DNA of 63,026 nt, the filler included, from Reticulomyxa filosa (lineage: Eukaryota > Protista > Foraminifera), in NCBI GenBank assembly GCA_000512085.1. It is 19 parts of 19 records of this genome, joined end to end, with 100 filler letters (N's around TTAATTAATTAA, not from the genome) between each part and the next. Parts side by side here need not be neighbours in the genome. Positions count along the whole stretch, not along the records: positions 39,020 to 46,395 come from ASPP01023585.1; positions 46,496 to 47,614 come from ASPP01026362.1; positions 47,715 to 49,750 come from ASPP01005782.1; positions 49,851 to 51,563 come from ASPP01015267.1; positions 51,664 to 61,471 come from ASPP01001531.1; 14 more parts are not named here. The stretch is one strand, 5' to 3'. This document shows positions 39,428 to 53,049 of the stretch, one piece after another. A model generated the notes under the pieces. That model saw only the letters and a program-made list of their open reading frames with translations. It did not search any database and was not told where the DNA came from. Numbering within the stretch: position 1 is the stretch's first letter; the number at the start of each line of letters is the position of its first letter. Made by a program: the position numbers and the translations under genes.

Positions 39428-39829
39428 GTGTGCGTTAACTATTGGAAAGCGGAGATAATAAAGCCGAGTGCACAGCGATCTGATAGAATCTGCACTGAAC
39501 TGCGCGATCACGTATCAAAAAACGGAGGCGATAAAGGTGTTGATGGACGGAAAAAACCGGAGCAAGACGAAGACGAATTGGCGACGAATGTGATGAAGCA
39601 AATCAAAGAAAGGAACAAAAGCATGGAAATATTGATCTATTTGAAGAAAAGAGTGGACAATGAGTGCAACCAAATAATGAATCTTTGCAAAGCCATGCAA
39701 ATAGGCTTGTTCTATTCGATCATCAATTGCAAGTCATTGCTCAACATGTGTTGGCCCCAAGACAAAGACAAGCTTTGGAGCACGTTGTTGCACAAGTGTG
39801 AGCGCATATTTTCAGAGTATCCAAAGTGA
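39428..39829 (+). CDS. Hypothetical protein exon
   Basis: 133-aa ORF of higher GC after a TA-rich intron-like tract, ending at an AAAGTGAG donor-like site. No family recognised. Confidence 0.4.
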   Translation: MCVNYWKAEIIKPSAQRSDRICTELRDHVSKNGGDKGVDGRKKPEQDEDELATNVMKQIKERNKSMEILIYLKKRVDNECNQIMNLCKAMQIGLFYSIINCKSLLNMCWPQDKDKLWSTLLHKCERIFSEYPK

Positions 39830-40496
39830 GAAACCCCATCGCACGTATAATCCGTGTGGACATGCTTGTCCTGGGGAGTCTACTAATGCATACATTAGAG
39901 GCTCAACTACAGTTCCAGCACAATTAAATGTACAACCAAACACATACAAACTGATTCTAATTGTGATATTAATTATATGTAATATCTATCACATTAAATA
40001 TTGCTTGGAAGTAAATTAATCCAAAACCTAGCAGAAGTTGTATGGATCAATATTTTTAAATTCTAACAGTTTTTTTTAATTGATATTTAATTTCATTGAA
40101 ACTACTCTTTCAACGGAAGAAGTAAAAAATATGGTATTGAATTTTATTTTTTAAAAGGACATTTGAAAGCTTTGTTATTCATTGAATATAACATAAAGTT
40201 TATTTATTTAATTTGCTGTCAAAGTATTTTCTTCAAAAAAAAGACGCAAATATTTATCATCATTAAATGATGAGAACACAAGCGAAACAACAATATGATT
40301 GTGTCCATTTGATTTTTGTAACCGTTTATTATCTCTGAAGAAGGCTGGCATTAATTCAGCAGAAAACTGTTTCAATTAGAATAGATGGATTATTTATTTA
40401 AATCGGAAAGTAGCCAGACAAATGGAAAAAACTTAATCTTACAAATTTTGTTAAGAGAAAAAAAAAGCAAAAGATCAATAATGATGATGGCAACAT

Positions 40497-43400
40497 TCAA
40501 CAAAATGTAATTCCTGCTAATGTAACTTTAGCAGTAAAATCAAGACCCACGCTCATGGCCAAACGATATGATTGATTAGCCATAGGAAGTGCTCCATTAT
40601 CATTCTTCCCAAAAGCAATTTGATAAAGTTTTTCATTGACCGAAAATGCCAAACAGCCATCAATTAAATTTAGAATAACTGTGATTGTGTCTCCAGTTCC
40701 ATATCTACTTCCATACTTGATTACATTTCCACAATGTTTTACAGTTCCATTGCATCCATATGCCCATCCTATTGTTAAACATATCACAACTAGTAAAAAG
40801 TATACATACAATTTTTTTAATTTTACCTTGCTCTGTTTCTGCAAAATCAAAAAAATCATTTTGAATGATTTTAGTGGACAAATCTGGAGAATTTTGAACA
40901 ACGCCAATTGATAAGCCTCCATCACATTCATTGACGCTAACAAACCATTTAATCATTTGTATGCCTTTAAAATGAGCAACAGCCATAGAGCAAATATATT
41001 TGCCAATGGCAGTATGAAATCCTGATCTCATTGATTGTGTAGAAGCAACAGAAAGAATCGGACTACGATGCGAATCGCTGTCGTGTTTATATTTATGTGG
41101 GTAATACACAATGAACGTGTTTTGAATGACCTTAAAGTATTTTGCGGAATAATATTTCCATTCTTCTTTTCGTCGGACGGAAAAGTACTTTAAGCGTTCA
41201 TGAATATTGTTATCACTTTCATTGCATGGACTATCAACATCTAAAGAATTTGCACGTGAATTGAGATCATTATTTAGATTATCATTGGTTTCATGTTCAA
41301 CATGGAACATATCCAAGATTTGAGAATTTACAACCAATTTATAAAGTTTTCCATCTTCATTTCGGAATAAAATATATGGCCACGGAGGATGAGTGTTCCA
41401 ATTGTAAGTATAAATCAATTTGCATCTAGGAAATATTGTCACCGCATATAACCGTTGCTTCCTCGCAATGCTATATATTTCCAACAATCCCCGTGTATGT
41501 ACATAAATGACAAAGAGTAGCACATTTCGTCGATGTGTCGACGACGGCATGTCATTTAAAAATTGACGATTTTGATACACTTTCGGTTTATCCGAGTAAT
41601 GACCTGGATCATTGTTTTCGAGCTTCGGTTCCAATATCAGATCATTGGGTCTGTCATTATCATTATCATCCCAAATAGTGATTATTGACAGTTGTGACGA
41701 CGAAATAACCCGTGGTGCTTTCAGACCAGCAAGGTCATCGTGCTGTTCTTGGGGTTGTTCCAAGCGGGGAGCAGCTGCTGTTGACCATTCCTCCTGTTGT
41801 TTTTCATTGGTAGTCAAAGGAAGACTTTGACATTGCGAATCAACTTTGGTTTGAAATAAGCACACTTCTTTCTGGAGGCACTCTGAATCTTTTGATTCAG
41901 GTAATACCTCGCAGACTGTGGAATCCACCCGCTTTAAATCCTCAAAATCCTCTGTTTTGGCTTGCTCTGGTATTGAATGAGCGAGTCGATCGAGACGGGG
42001 CGAGTGATGCTTGTCCAAGTTTCTTGGTCGAGTTAAAAGGTTACCCGAACTTGAATGATGTCTTGTTATTGAGTCATTTGGATTGGAACATACCGAAACA
42101 ATTGACGCAACGGGGGAATCCAATTCGTCATTCACCCAAAACATGCGTGATGAATTGGACTCTTGATTGTGAATTTGGTCTTTTTCCTCTTCCGTGCCAT
42201 TGCTGTTAATGAAATCATTCTCTCCCACGTGTTCGTTCGTCTTTGTTGTCTTTGCCGGCATTGTAACCGATATCGTCGTTGGCTTTGTTGAAGGAGGTAA
42301 GGTCTTCTCGCCATCAGGTCCATCGCTCGTGCCACGAGAAGAGAACAATGCAATGGAATGCTTGTCCTTACGTTGCTTTGGAAGCGCTCCTTCAAAGTGG
42401 AGTGGCTCCGATTCATTATTGCGTCGTGGAAGAGAAGAGGAACCTTGGCATTGCGGAGTGTTTGTGATATCGTTCATCATTAGTTCAACGATATCCGAAT
42501 TCACAAATATCCATCCCACTTGTCCATGGCGATAGCCTTTGAAAACTCGAACCACAATTAAACGGGTGCAATCAAAGATAGATATTCTTCCCAACGAATC
42601 AATTAGCGCAGCATAGCATCCGTCAGGAGACATGACTATTTCTTCTACTACTCTATGGAAACCCTCAATTCAAAAACGAAAAAATATATTAGTAATATAT
42701 ATATGTATACATTGTGTATTGCAAATAATTCTAAATAAACAAATAAAAAATGAATAAGAAGAGTCAATTTGTTTCACCTGTTGTGATCTTTGACTGTAAG
42801 CTGCACCGGATTCATTTCGTAAGGTTTTGTTTGGATTTGGCGCTGAATATCATCTTGGTTTGTATCTTTGGGCTCTGGTGATCTCGTAAGTAAGGCTCTT
42901 GCTGTTGCAATTAATCCTTTGCCTTTATTTTTCTGATGTGTTGTCTCGACGAATTCAGGTCTCTAATGTAGCGCAATCAACATTATGTTATATACATATA
43001 TATTATAAGCAAATTACAAAAAGTATATTACGTATACAATAATATGTATGTATTATATATGCATATATAACGATTTGAATGGGCTGTGCCCACAGCATAA
43101 ATGTATTGTTCTCCATTGTGCCCTCACTCATTGGACTTCCATTTTCCTCTTTGTTGATTTGAGCGTTGCTATCGCTATAGGGATCATGATTGTAATCAAT
43201 TGGGCTCCGAAGCTGGCCACCAAACAACATCATCCATTGATCGTCATTGGATTGATATCTACACTCTGGATGGATCAATTCATTCATTTCAAACATTTCT
43301 TCTTGCAAAGATTCGGAACATAGCACCTCGTTGTGATGAGAAAGGTTTTGTGGCGCAGAGGATGCGTGTCCCAACTCACTCGTTTTCCAGCGATCCGAAT

Positions 43401-46325
43401 TTCCATATGTCGGCACCGATTTCTGATGCAACACTCTGTGCAGCTGTTCGAATTCAAGTGGGGGCCCTTTGGTCGGTGTGTGCGGTGTGTCCTGTCCGCG
43501 CGCTGTCATCACAGCTTTGTGCCACTTGAACCGCATGCGGTTGTCTGTATACGTTTACATTCACACCAATTATATACAATTTATATTGTATACACACATA
43601 TACATATATATATATATTGTATATATTTGTCTTGTTTACTTTCAATTTTTTGGATGGGATGGAGAGAAGTTCAGCTTAACAAAATGCTCCAAAAGTTTGT
43701 ATATCTTGCATTCCAGGGACAAAGATTTTATGGAGATTCCAATATAACTTTTCGTCGGTCATGGGTTGGACGGAATCAATCTTGGCATGTTTGTCATGAA
43801 ACGACGAAGAAATTGTGGTATTCACTGTCAACTGTTTGAACAAAGGGATTTTTATCTTTTCTTTTTTGTGACCGTTGGTTGGATGATACCGATCTCCAGA
43901 TCCGGCACTAGACATGGAGTGGCACCTTGACTGCAATTGGTTATTGAACAATAAACTGTCCGGCGTGTGGGACCGCTTGGATGTAGATAAGTCCCCACTG
44001 CTTTTGGTACTCATGTGCTTTGGACGGCGCTGCAGCCACTGATTGCTGGCTCCAGACAAATGGGTCGCTGGAGAGATGAAAGCAGAGGGAGACGTTACTG
44101 CTCCATTGGCATTGGGCGACGTTGGCTTGTGCCCGCTTGGAACGCCAGCCTTTTTGCTAGCCGATCGCAAAGACAAGAATGCTCCATGGGTCTGTATTTT
44201 TGGCCTTTTTATATACGTATTTATTTATTTATTTATGTGTACATATACGTGTATTGTATATACATGTACAATTATGTTATGTACTTTTTTTTTTTTTGTT
44301 CGGAAACATGTTAACTTGGAGTATTCTTGTTGTGGACATAGGACAATACTTGGCTTCTTCGACGGACTGTGGCATGTTGGAGGTGGAGCGGCAGGAGTCG
44401 TTTTATGGTCATTGGAGAGAGAGCCATCGAAAGAACCAAGACTTTCGACGGTGAGTGGCGGACTGAAACTTTTATTCACAATGTTATTATTATTTCCAAT
44501 GGCAAAAACATTGTTGTTGTTGAAATCATCCGTTAAGAACTGAATCGCAGTGATACTGTCTTGAGGACTGTCTGTTTTGTGATTGCTCTTTACACTTGCT
44601 GACCTTACGCTTATCAAAGTGTTGCCTCTCCTTTTTTTATTATTTTGCGTCTTGTCATCAGAAGCGTGCTTTTCTTCATTCTCATTTTCATTTTCATTTC
44701 CATTTCCACCTTCATATTCGACTTTTTCAAGGGCTCGAAAAGTTGGAGTTGATTTGGCACCAACCAACTCATGCGAGCGACTTTCTTGCTTTTTCTTTTT
44801 CGATTTTTTTCTAAACGCATGCACACCCAATATACATGATGTATAAACGCACGGACAGTATAAATAAAAATAACTTTGTGTGCAACGGAGTAAGAGGCGA
44901 GACTGGTGGCGAAGAAGAAAAAGAGGACATGGAGAGTTTGTGCGTAAGGGTATCGTCGACATGTTCACTGTTGGAAGATTTTTGCGATAAGAGACTTTTT
45001 TTTTTGCTATTTAAAATGGTGACACTATTTTTATGCGGTTTTTTGGAAAAGACTGGGGTCGAAGTGGCACTGCGTGCATCCGCACTCCTTTGTGACGTGA
45101 CCGACTCATCGCCATAGCGATTCTGTGCGAACCATGTCGGAATGAGATGGTCGGAAAACTCTGGACGCGAGCCCGTTTTGAAAAAGACTTGGAACGAGTT
45201 GTCCACTTTCATCTTCATGACCACATGATTGTTATACAAGGAGCGATCCAAAGGGGTGACAGGCAATTTGTCCAAGGAAGAGGAGGACATGGCTTTCTTT
45301 GAGTGTTGTTGAGCAAATTTCAACGACACAAAGCGATATAACTGTTCGTCGTTTTCAAAGTCGTGGCCCTTTGTCACATGAGCAATAATCTTGCGTTTCA
45401 TTAGCCGACGGCCAATCGCAACAGCTTCACTATTGAGAGGGGGAGAAAAAAAAAAAAACTGATTGAGAATAACAATATATACATATACATACATATACAT
45501 ACATATATACATATATGTATATATTGTTATCTTGCCTGATGGTAAAGGCATGACCATATTGCACTAAAAAATGAACGACCTCCGCACCGAGAAAGCACTG
45601 TACATATGGACGCAAGTGATACAAGCGATCTTTGATTTCAACGTGATCGTAGATTTCTTGAGCGACGGTGTACAAGCGTGAGTCGTCCCATGTGAGTATG
45701 GACTGTTGACACTTGACGATGTCGCAATCTTCGCAGTCGTTTACAAATTGGTAGAACGAGTATGCATTGGTGAAGCGATGTTGGGGCTGCTGTTGCGTGG
45801 CATGTTGGATTTTGTGTTTTTCCAAAAGCATATTGCCCAAAGCCAACGCCTCGTCTTCGTTCTCAATGTGCAACTCCTGTTTGTTGTCCAGCATCCATTT
45901 CACCGCGTCACTTCCAATCCAGCAGTTGCGATACATGCGCAGCCACCACTTGCGATTCTTAACTTCGAGACCTTGTCGCATCTTTTGGATCAGCTGCTCG
46001 ATTTCTTGCTCGCTGCGTTCCGGGATTTTCGGCGTGGTGTTCAGCTCTATCTCTTGTTGGTGCTTCGTCTTTTGATACAATTTCTGCTGCTCCACGTAGT
46101 AGTCCTTCTGATGATCTGGAGGCAAACTTGACAGGTCAAAGTTACTACATTTCAATGTTTTGTACATATCGTGCGATGATATTATTATCAGTCCGCGCGA
46201 GGTTTTGCAAAACAAGTTGGGCGCTCTGCCAATCTTCATGTTCTCACTGCGATAGGAGGTTACCAATTGCATGCTGTAGATTGGAGATCCTTCTTCAACT
46301 TGTTGCTTGAATAGACAAACGAGGT
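40497..46325 (-). CDS. Rab3GAP non-catalytic subunit (RAB3GAP2 N-terminal)-like protein with two DEP domains and a C-terminal SPRY domain (multi-exon, 5'-truncated)
   Basis: RAB3GAP2-like: VKDHNR|VVEEIVMSPDGCYAALIDSLGRISIFDCTRLIVVRVFKGYRHGQVGWI and LLFVIYVHTRGLLEIY. DEP1 at about 45745-46000 (GLEVKNRKWWLRMYRNCWIGSDAVKWM...FYQF). DEP2 at about 45330-45660 (VEIKDRLYHLRPYVQCFLGAEVVHFL...LYRF). SPRY at about 40500-41000 (LSIGVV...YGTGDTITVILNLIDGCLAFSVN). Confidence 0.75.
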
Positions 46326-47759
46326 TCTATTACCAAAAAAAGTCAATTTAGAACTTTTTTTTTGCCCCCTTTTTTTAAACAGTTTTTTTTTTTTTNNNNN
46401 NNNNNNNNNNNNNNNNNNNNNNNNNNNNNNNNNNNNNNNTTAATTAATTAANNNNNNNNNNNNNNNNNNNNNNNNNNNNNNNNNNNNNNNNNNNNAATCT
46501 AGAATCAAAACAGATTTTATGTACAAATCAAATTTGTTGCCATAATTGCTTTAAACTTATAGTCTGTAATGAATAATCATTAACTTTATAAAAAGATATG
46601 TTGAATGCGAATAATTGCATCAATTTTAATGTTATAAACAAAAGCAAATGAACTTTGGTGTTCAAACATTATTCAATGCTTTATCCCTTGATTACCATAA
46701 ATTGAGATAATCGATTTGCTGCAAAATAAAAATCTTTTCAATAACAAGTAGTACTTATATGAAAAGTTTCCATAGTAAACACAATCATCTTATTTATTTG
46801 TAATGTGACTATGAAACATTCAATTGTTGGTTCAACGTTTTCAAACAACTTAATAGCTATCATTGATTGTTTTTGCTTCTTACAGGTTGTTGACTCACAA
46901 TTCCGAGAGTTTAATTCACATTTGTTATCGACTCAGCCAAAGACGCTTTATAACTATTTTTGTTCAATATCTTACACTTCTATAATTTGACGACTCCTTT
47001 TTTACTTGGTTAACCAATTCTATCACATAACAAATACTCAATTTAATAAATAATAAAGTATATTCTTTTATTTATATGCGTCAATTAAGTCTAGATTTAA
47101 AAATTTGATTGAACAAAAAGATTTGCAGCTTAGATGACCATTATGCAAAGCAGTCTCAGTTACCAATATTACTACGTATTGCTCAATATGTTAAAACTGT
47201 GCTAATGTGTTTTCTAATAAAAAAATCTTACCTGTATGTCATAATGAAAGTATCATTCTGTGATATTGTTTGAAAAAAAATCTATAAAAAAGTTCATCAA
47301 ATATTAATATTGTTATTTAAAACAAAAAAGTGTAACTAATGAACAGCAATAAAATCATACAGATAATATTTATTTTTAAGTTTCAGATTTAAATAATATT
47401 ATATCTAAAAAAATATTATCAGCTATAAATAGAATGTTGAACAATTCGATGTACTTTTTATTGATTAAATTCATATCTTATGTCAAAAATATCATTTACA
47501 AACTTTATATTTCGATTGAACTTGAAGTTTTTAATTAATTAATAAAATTGACATAAAAAAGCACTTTTTAATTTAAAGTTGGGCTAGTTGTGACATGTAT
47601 TTATTTTAATGTGCNNNNNNNNNNNNNNNNNNNNNNNNNNNNNNNNNNNNNNNNNNNNTTAATTAATTAANNNNNNNNNNNNNNNNNNNNNNNNNNNNNN
47701 NNNNNNNNNNNNNNAGAGAGGGAGAGAGGGAGAAAAAAAAAAAGACAATGTTTCAAATC

Positions 47760-47918
47760 AACTTTTTTTGAAAAAATTCTCCAATTTTGTTGCTCCATTC
47801 AATGTCATTCGTCACAGTTTCTTTGTTCCAATGCAGAAACGCAAAGTCATCAGAGACACGTTTTTGAAATTGTGACAATTGATCTGTTATCTAATTGGAA
47901 AGGAATATACATATACAC

Positions 47919-47970
<52 letters not shown>

Positions 47971-49750
47971 ATAAATAGACAGCAATCTGCTTTGTTCGAA
48001 AACATAACTTGTTGTCGTGAAGCCACCGACAATATATCCCAACAGCTTTGCAGTCTTTCATGGGATGTCGTTTCATTTGAGATTGTAATTTGGTTCTTTT
48101 CAATCGTGTGTTGATATCTCAAAGTGTTACTTGGTTCTGTTTTTGATAGCTTGTCATCCTTATTGCTGTCAGTGGTAATCACGATCTGCTCTTTGCGCAA
48201 TGGCGCCACCTCACTCTTCAAGTGCTTATTTGAAATTGCAACCGCAGGGACCTCACAGCTGTCGGTTGTGCTCCCTTTGTTTTCTGTCTTTTGTACGTCG
48301 GATACCATATTACTGGCTATGTTTACAATGTATTGCATGTGTATTTGAAACACCCGACCAAATAAGGTGAAGAAAAATATTGAAAGCAAACCTCGAGCAG
48401 GCTCCGAACGTGGTATTTCTTGATGTACACGGACTGGGGTCGCCTGCTGTTCGCTTGTCTTTGTCCATTCCATTGGTTCGGAAGTGGTATATGATAATGA
48501 CGCGACATGGTGCTCTTTGGACAACTGCATATACACGTCATTGTGAATGGGGTCATTCGGAACAGAGGATTTGGCATCGCTATTGGAATGATGGATCACA
48601 TGATTGGAATTGCTTTCCAAATGCTCCTTCTTCGTTTTGTCATTAGCACGGGATTGATCCATTGCGGCAACATCCTTCAGTATAGTTTTAGAATGGCCGA
48701 GGCTTTCCGTTGGATTGCAAATAGTGTCAATGTTAACATTAGTAGTAGTATTGGTATTGGAATTGAAATTGGAATTGAAATTGGAATTGAAATTGGTATT
48801 AGGATTAGTATTGATATTGGGGATATTCGATGGTCGAGTGAGATCTAAAACCTCCTCTTCATCTGCATCTGCTACTTTCATTTACATTTTTTTGGTGTTT
48901 CTTTTTTATTCTTTTTTATGTCTTTTTATTCCTTTTTTTCTTTCTTGTCTTTTTTTTCTTTTTTTTTCTTTTTTTCCTTTGTTTCTTTTATTTCTTCGTT
49001 CGGCTCTCTCTTTTCTTTTTCTTCGCCTTTGTTTCTGTTTCTGTCTTTATTGTATCTACTTTGGACTCTGGCTCTGATGTGGACTTTGACTTGGACTTTG
49101 ACTTGGACTTTGACCCGGGATTTGCGTCTTGCTCTGTCTCGGCGATGGCATTTTGTTTTTGCTCGGATTCAATTTTGATCTTTGATTTTGTCTTTGTTTT
49201 CGTTTTGATTTTAGATTTGGATTTGGATTTGGATTTTGACTTTTTTGTTTTGGATTGATTGTCATCGCTGGAATGGCCTTTTTTTTCCTGTTCTTTTTCC
49301 GCTTTCTTTTTCTGTTTTTGTTTCTTCTTCTTTTTTTTCTTTTCCTTTGATTCTTTCTTCTTTTTACTTTTGTCTTCGTCCGTGTCTTTCATTTCACAAT
49401 CTTCATTTCCATTTGTGTCTGCTTGCCTATTTGCAACTGTGTCCTTTATGTCGTCCATTTCCCTTTCGTTTTCATCGCTGTTATTATTGATATCCGGATT
49501 GGAATTGTCCTCGCCATTACTAATAGTGCGCTTGTACGCTTTGGTAGGCTCCAAGGGGGGTTCTACACTGTCGGAAACAACCGAGGCCATGGGCAGAACT
49601 CCTTCATCCGACGCCAATGGCACGGAAAAATCTTGCAAGTCATTCAATGATTCCGTGGATGAACCGCTGTTATCTTCACACTCTGGCTGTTGAGCTCTGT
49701 CCAGCAGGATGGTCTTCTCAATCTCTGGCATTGGTTCTTGCTTCAGCAGA
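47760..49750 (-). CDS. Low-complexity K/E/S/N-rich hypothetical protein fragment
   Basis: ORFs 48988-49731 and 47850-48881 with (SK)n, poly-K and (NFNS)n repeats. The break between them lies in A-rich homopolymers. Confidence 0.5.
47921..47972. repeat. (TATATG)n microsatellite, probably intronic
   Basis: Seen directly. Similar TA-rich or TAT tracts occur at about 7042-7096, 21824-21853, 34886-34935 and 45475-45525. Confidence 0.85.
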
Positions 49751-49894
49751 NNNNNNNNNNNNNNNNNNNNNNNNNNNNNNNNNNNNNNNNNNNNTTAATT
49801 AATTAANNNNNNNNNNNNNNNNNNNNNNNNNNNNNNNNNNNNNNNNNNNNTACAACTAAATAACAAAAAAAAAAAAAAAAAAAAAAAACAATAC

Positions 49895-50553
49895 CAAACA
49901 ACTGTTAGCGGTTAAACATTGCATGGTGCAGGGTGTTCCATTGGTGGTTTGACAAAGCAATTTGCTGTTGCTGTAGGATTGGTCAACCATGGCGATGGAC
50001 GTACACTCTCCAACATTTCCGTAGCAACCAAAAAACGTGTTTTGTGTGACACGTGAGTCAAAATGAGTAAACTTGCAAGAAATGGGGTCACGTTGGTCCG
50101 TCTGTGCAAACAAGAAGGACCCTTCCGATGCCGACAATTCGCCCTCGATGTCTCCACAGTACACTGACAAGTTGTCACATGCACCTGTTCGACCACGACA
50201 TCGGATTCGGCTCGATACTCCGGAATACACCGTCACGTTCTCACATGAATGCGCGCCACTGCAATCCAGCCATAACAAATTCGTGTTCGATGAGGTTGGA
50301 CAATAGATTTCCACGTTTTGGCAAGGGTCTGTCCAAATTTTTGTTTTTTTTATTTTATTTCGTTGGTAGCATTTTTTTTTTTTTTGCGGATACTGCCCCC
50401 TTCTTTTTTTCCCTTCCCCCTTTTGTTACCTGCCGTCGTGCAGTATATATTGAAACGGGCTACTGCGTCTGACTCTGACGAAGGACAAAACACTGTTGTT
50501 TGTGCTTTCACTAAAACACATAACAATAACCAGCTCCAGTTTTGAATAGACAT
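49895..50553 (-). CDS. Secreted or surface Cys-rich repeat protein, 5' part
   Basis: MSIQNWSWLLLCVLVKAQ signal-like start, an intron near 50325-50429, then repeats of the form CxGxxSCxxxxVYC (CSGAHSCENVTVY, CRGRTGACDNLSVYC). Confidence 0.6.
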
Positions 50554-50927
50554 TTTTGATTTGTGATAAATCAATCCGCAAAAAACAGGAAGATACAAAT
50601 CAGAAGATATAACAAAAAATTAAAAAATTACGTCGCCTTGAAACGGTCTTTCTTCTTTTTTTCTTGGTCCTTCTCTAAATTGGTACAAAAACAACCAAAT
50701 ATTTTACAACTGTGCAGCGAGTGTTTTAAATGTAACTCGCTTTCTAATTAAAATGGAAATAAGCAAAGTAAAAAATAAAGAAATATTATTTCTGTGCCAA
50801 AAAAATTTGTTGTTGTATAATTTTATTGATTGTGTCTTCATTTACTTAGTGAAGTTATTCAATTTAATCCAAACGTATATAGCGACCCCTTTCGTTGACT
50901 TACGCTTTAGGTCGCTACAAGGGTAGT

Positions 50928-51500
50928 ATGAATCCATTAGATATTCCTGAGTTAAAATTTTATCCCTTACCAGAATCCCCAACTCGAAGGGCAATAGAAG
51001 CTTGTGAGTTGGAATGGAAAGAGGAGTGTCAGACAATTGTTCGTTTTGCCCAGAGTCAAGGGATTGGAATGCCTTTAACTAAAGATAACAACCTCCCACG
51101 TCCAATTTTTTCAAATGATAGTAGTAATGTTTTTTCGCAAGAACTACAGAAATATTACATGAGGTTAACAGAAGATTTATGTTCCATATCTATTATATTA
51201 ATCAAATATTGCTCTGTATGTGTTTTGTACAGATATTTTTCAATATATTCAAAAGAAGATGATTCATTCATATTGAAAGGTAGAGCCTACGGTATACATA
51301 GCTTTACACTCCCAAGACACATTTTCGACAGTAAAGAGACATTTTGGATCCATTCGGATGTGATAGACAGAATGAATATTGGAACAATGTCAAACTCTGC
51401 CTTTATGAGAATGGATACTTTCGATATTTGGAAATCTATTGTTCCCTTTTTTCAAAACTCGTTGTCATTGTATCCGCAGATAGAGACCAATTACTTTGGT
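50928..51500 (+). CDS. Hypothetical protein, 5' part, divergent from the Cys-rich gene
   Basis: ATG at 50928 (MNPLDIPELKFYPLPESP...), a probable in-frame intron near 51163-51232, and a run to the contig end. Confidence 0.5.
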
Positions 51501-51663
51501 TCCAATATATCGTTTTGTTTTTTTTTTTTTACTTTAAAACAAAAGAAAAATTATACAAATTAANNNNNNNNNNNNNNNNNNNNNNNNNNNNNNNNNNNNN
51601 NNNNNNNTTAATTAATTAANNNNNNNNNNNNNNNNNNNNNNNNNNNNNNNNNNNNNNNNNNNN

Positions 51664-52142
51664 CCCGAGGTTCAGTAGAAGTTACCCAATCCTCGGAGTT
51701 CTGCCAATTTTCCACACAAGCCGCTCGTTGCCAGTAACTATCTCAATTACCAGGCAAAGCATGTTGTCAATTCAACAATTACATTCTTCCACATCTCTGT
51801 AGCATATGATAGTGTTTGGAGAGGATTGAGATGTGAGATTAAAAGTGAATTTAAATTGATGGAAGATTATATTGGTGGAGCTTCTTATCAGATCGACTTG
51901 GAAGAGTTATATTGAAACTAATGAAATTCAATACTGGAGTTCCTCAAGGATCTGTACATTAATGATTTACCAGTCATCCATCAACCGATTCAATGTAGAA
52001 TGTTTGCTGATCAATTACAATCATTGAAGTCTGGTGAAAGATATATTTGGTCGAACAAATGGAAGATGTTACTTGCGCTGATAAGACGCAATGCATTACA
52101 TTCAGACATCAAAATAAAAGGAAATTTTCAAAGATGCAATTA
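51664..52142 (+). repeat. Left arm of a 479-bp inverted repeat containing a decayed non-LTR RT fragment
   Basis: Reverse complement of 52540-53018. Contains AYDSVWR, FNTGVPQGS, MFADQ and WSNKWKMLL, with stops and frameshifts. Confidence 0.92.
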
Positions 52143-52539
52143 TCATTACAGTCGTATTGCACCATCCCAAAATGCCGATGCATACTCGAGATTCGGGCGA
52201 ATGATGGTCTTATATAACTTGGCCTGACACCTTCATGTGGAAATCAAGAAATAATCCAAGATACAAGAAACCAGATTTGATTCAACCATAGACCTGAATA
52301 ATCACGTTGAATCCCTCCTTTACAGAGCAATGGAATAGACATTAAGGAATTGATGTTCCTGACGTTGATGTTGTTTTGAGAAATCATTCATTCAACGTCG
52401 CTGGTTTCTTCTTCGTAAGTGGAATTACAGGAGCAATGCCAATGCTCAACCGAATCCTCTGAGCCTTGTTTTTAAAGTGTTGAAGTCTCAGTGAAATATT
52501 GATATTCAATTTATATCTTTTAACAAACTAAAACAATGT

Positions 52540-53018
52540 TAATTGCATCTTTGAAAATTTCCTTTTATTTTGATGTCTGAATGTAATGCATTGCGTCTTA
52601 TCAGCGCAAGTAACATCTTCCATTTGTTCGACCAAATATATCTTTCACCAGACTTCAATGATTGTAATTGATCAGCAAACATTCTACATTGAATCGGTTG
52701 ATGGATGACTGGTAAATCATTAATGTACAGATCCTTGAGGAACTCCAGTATTGAATTTCATTAGTTTCAATATAACTCTTCCAAGTCGATCTGATAAGAA
52801 GCTCCACCAATATAATCTTCCATCAATTTAAATTCACTTTTAATCTCACATCTCAATCCTCTCCAAACACTATCATATGCTACAGAGATGTGGAAGAATG
52901 TAATTGTTGAATTGACAACATGCTTTGCCTGGTAATTGAGATAGTTACTGGCAACGAGCGGCTTGTGTGGAAAATTGGCAGAACTCCGAGGATTGGGTAA
53001 CTTCTACTGAACCTCGGG
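52540..53018 (-). repeat. Right arm of the 479-bp inverted repeat
   Basis: Symmetric end points (51664+53018 = 52142+52540). No mismatch noticed by eye; spacer is 397 bp. Confidence 0.92.
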
Positions 53019-53049
53019 CAAAACCGAAACTCACTCGCTGATAACAAGG

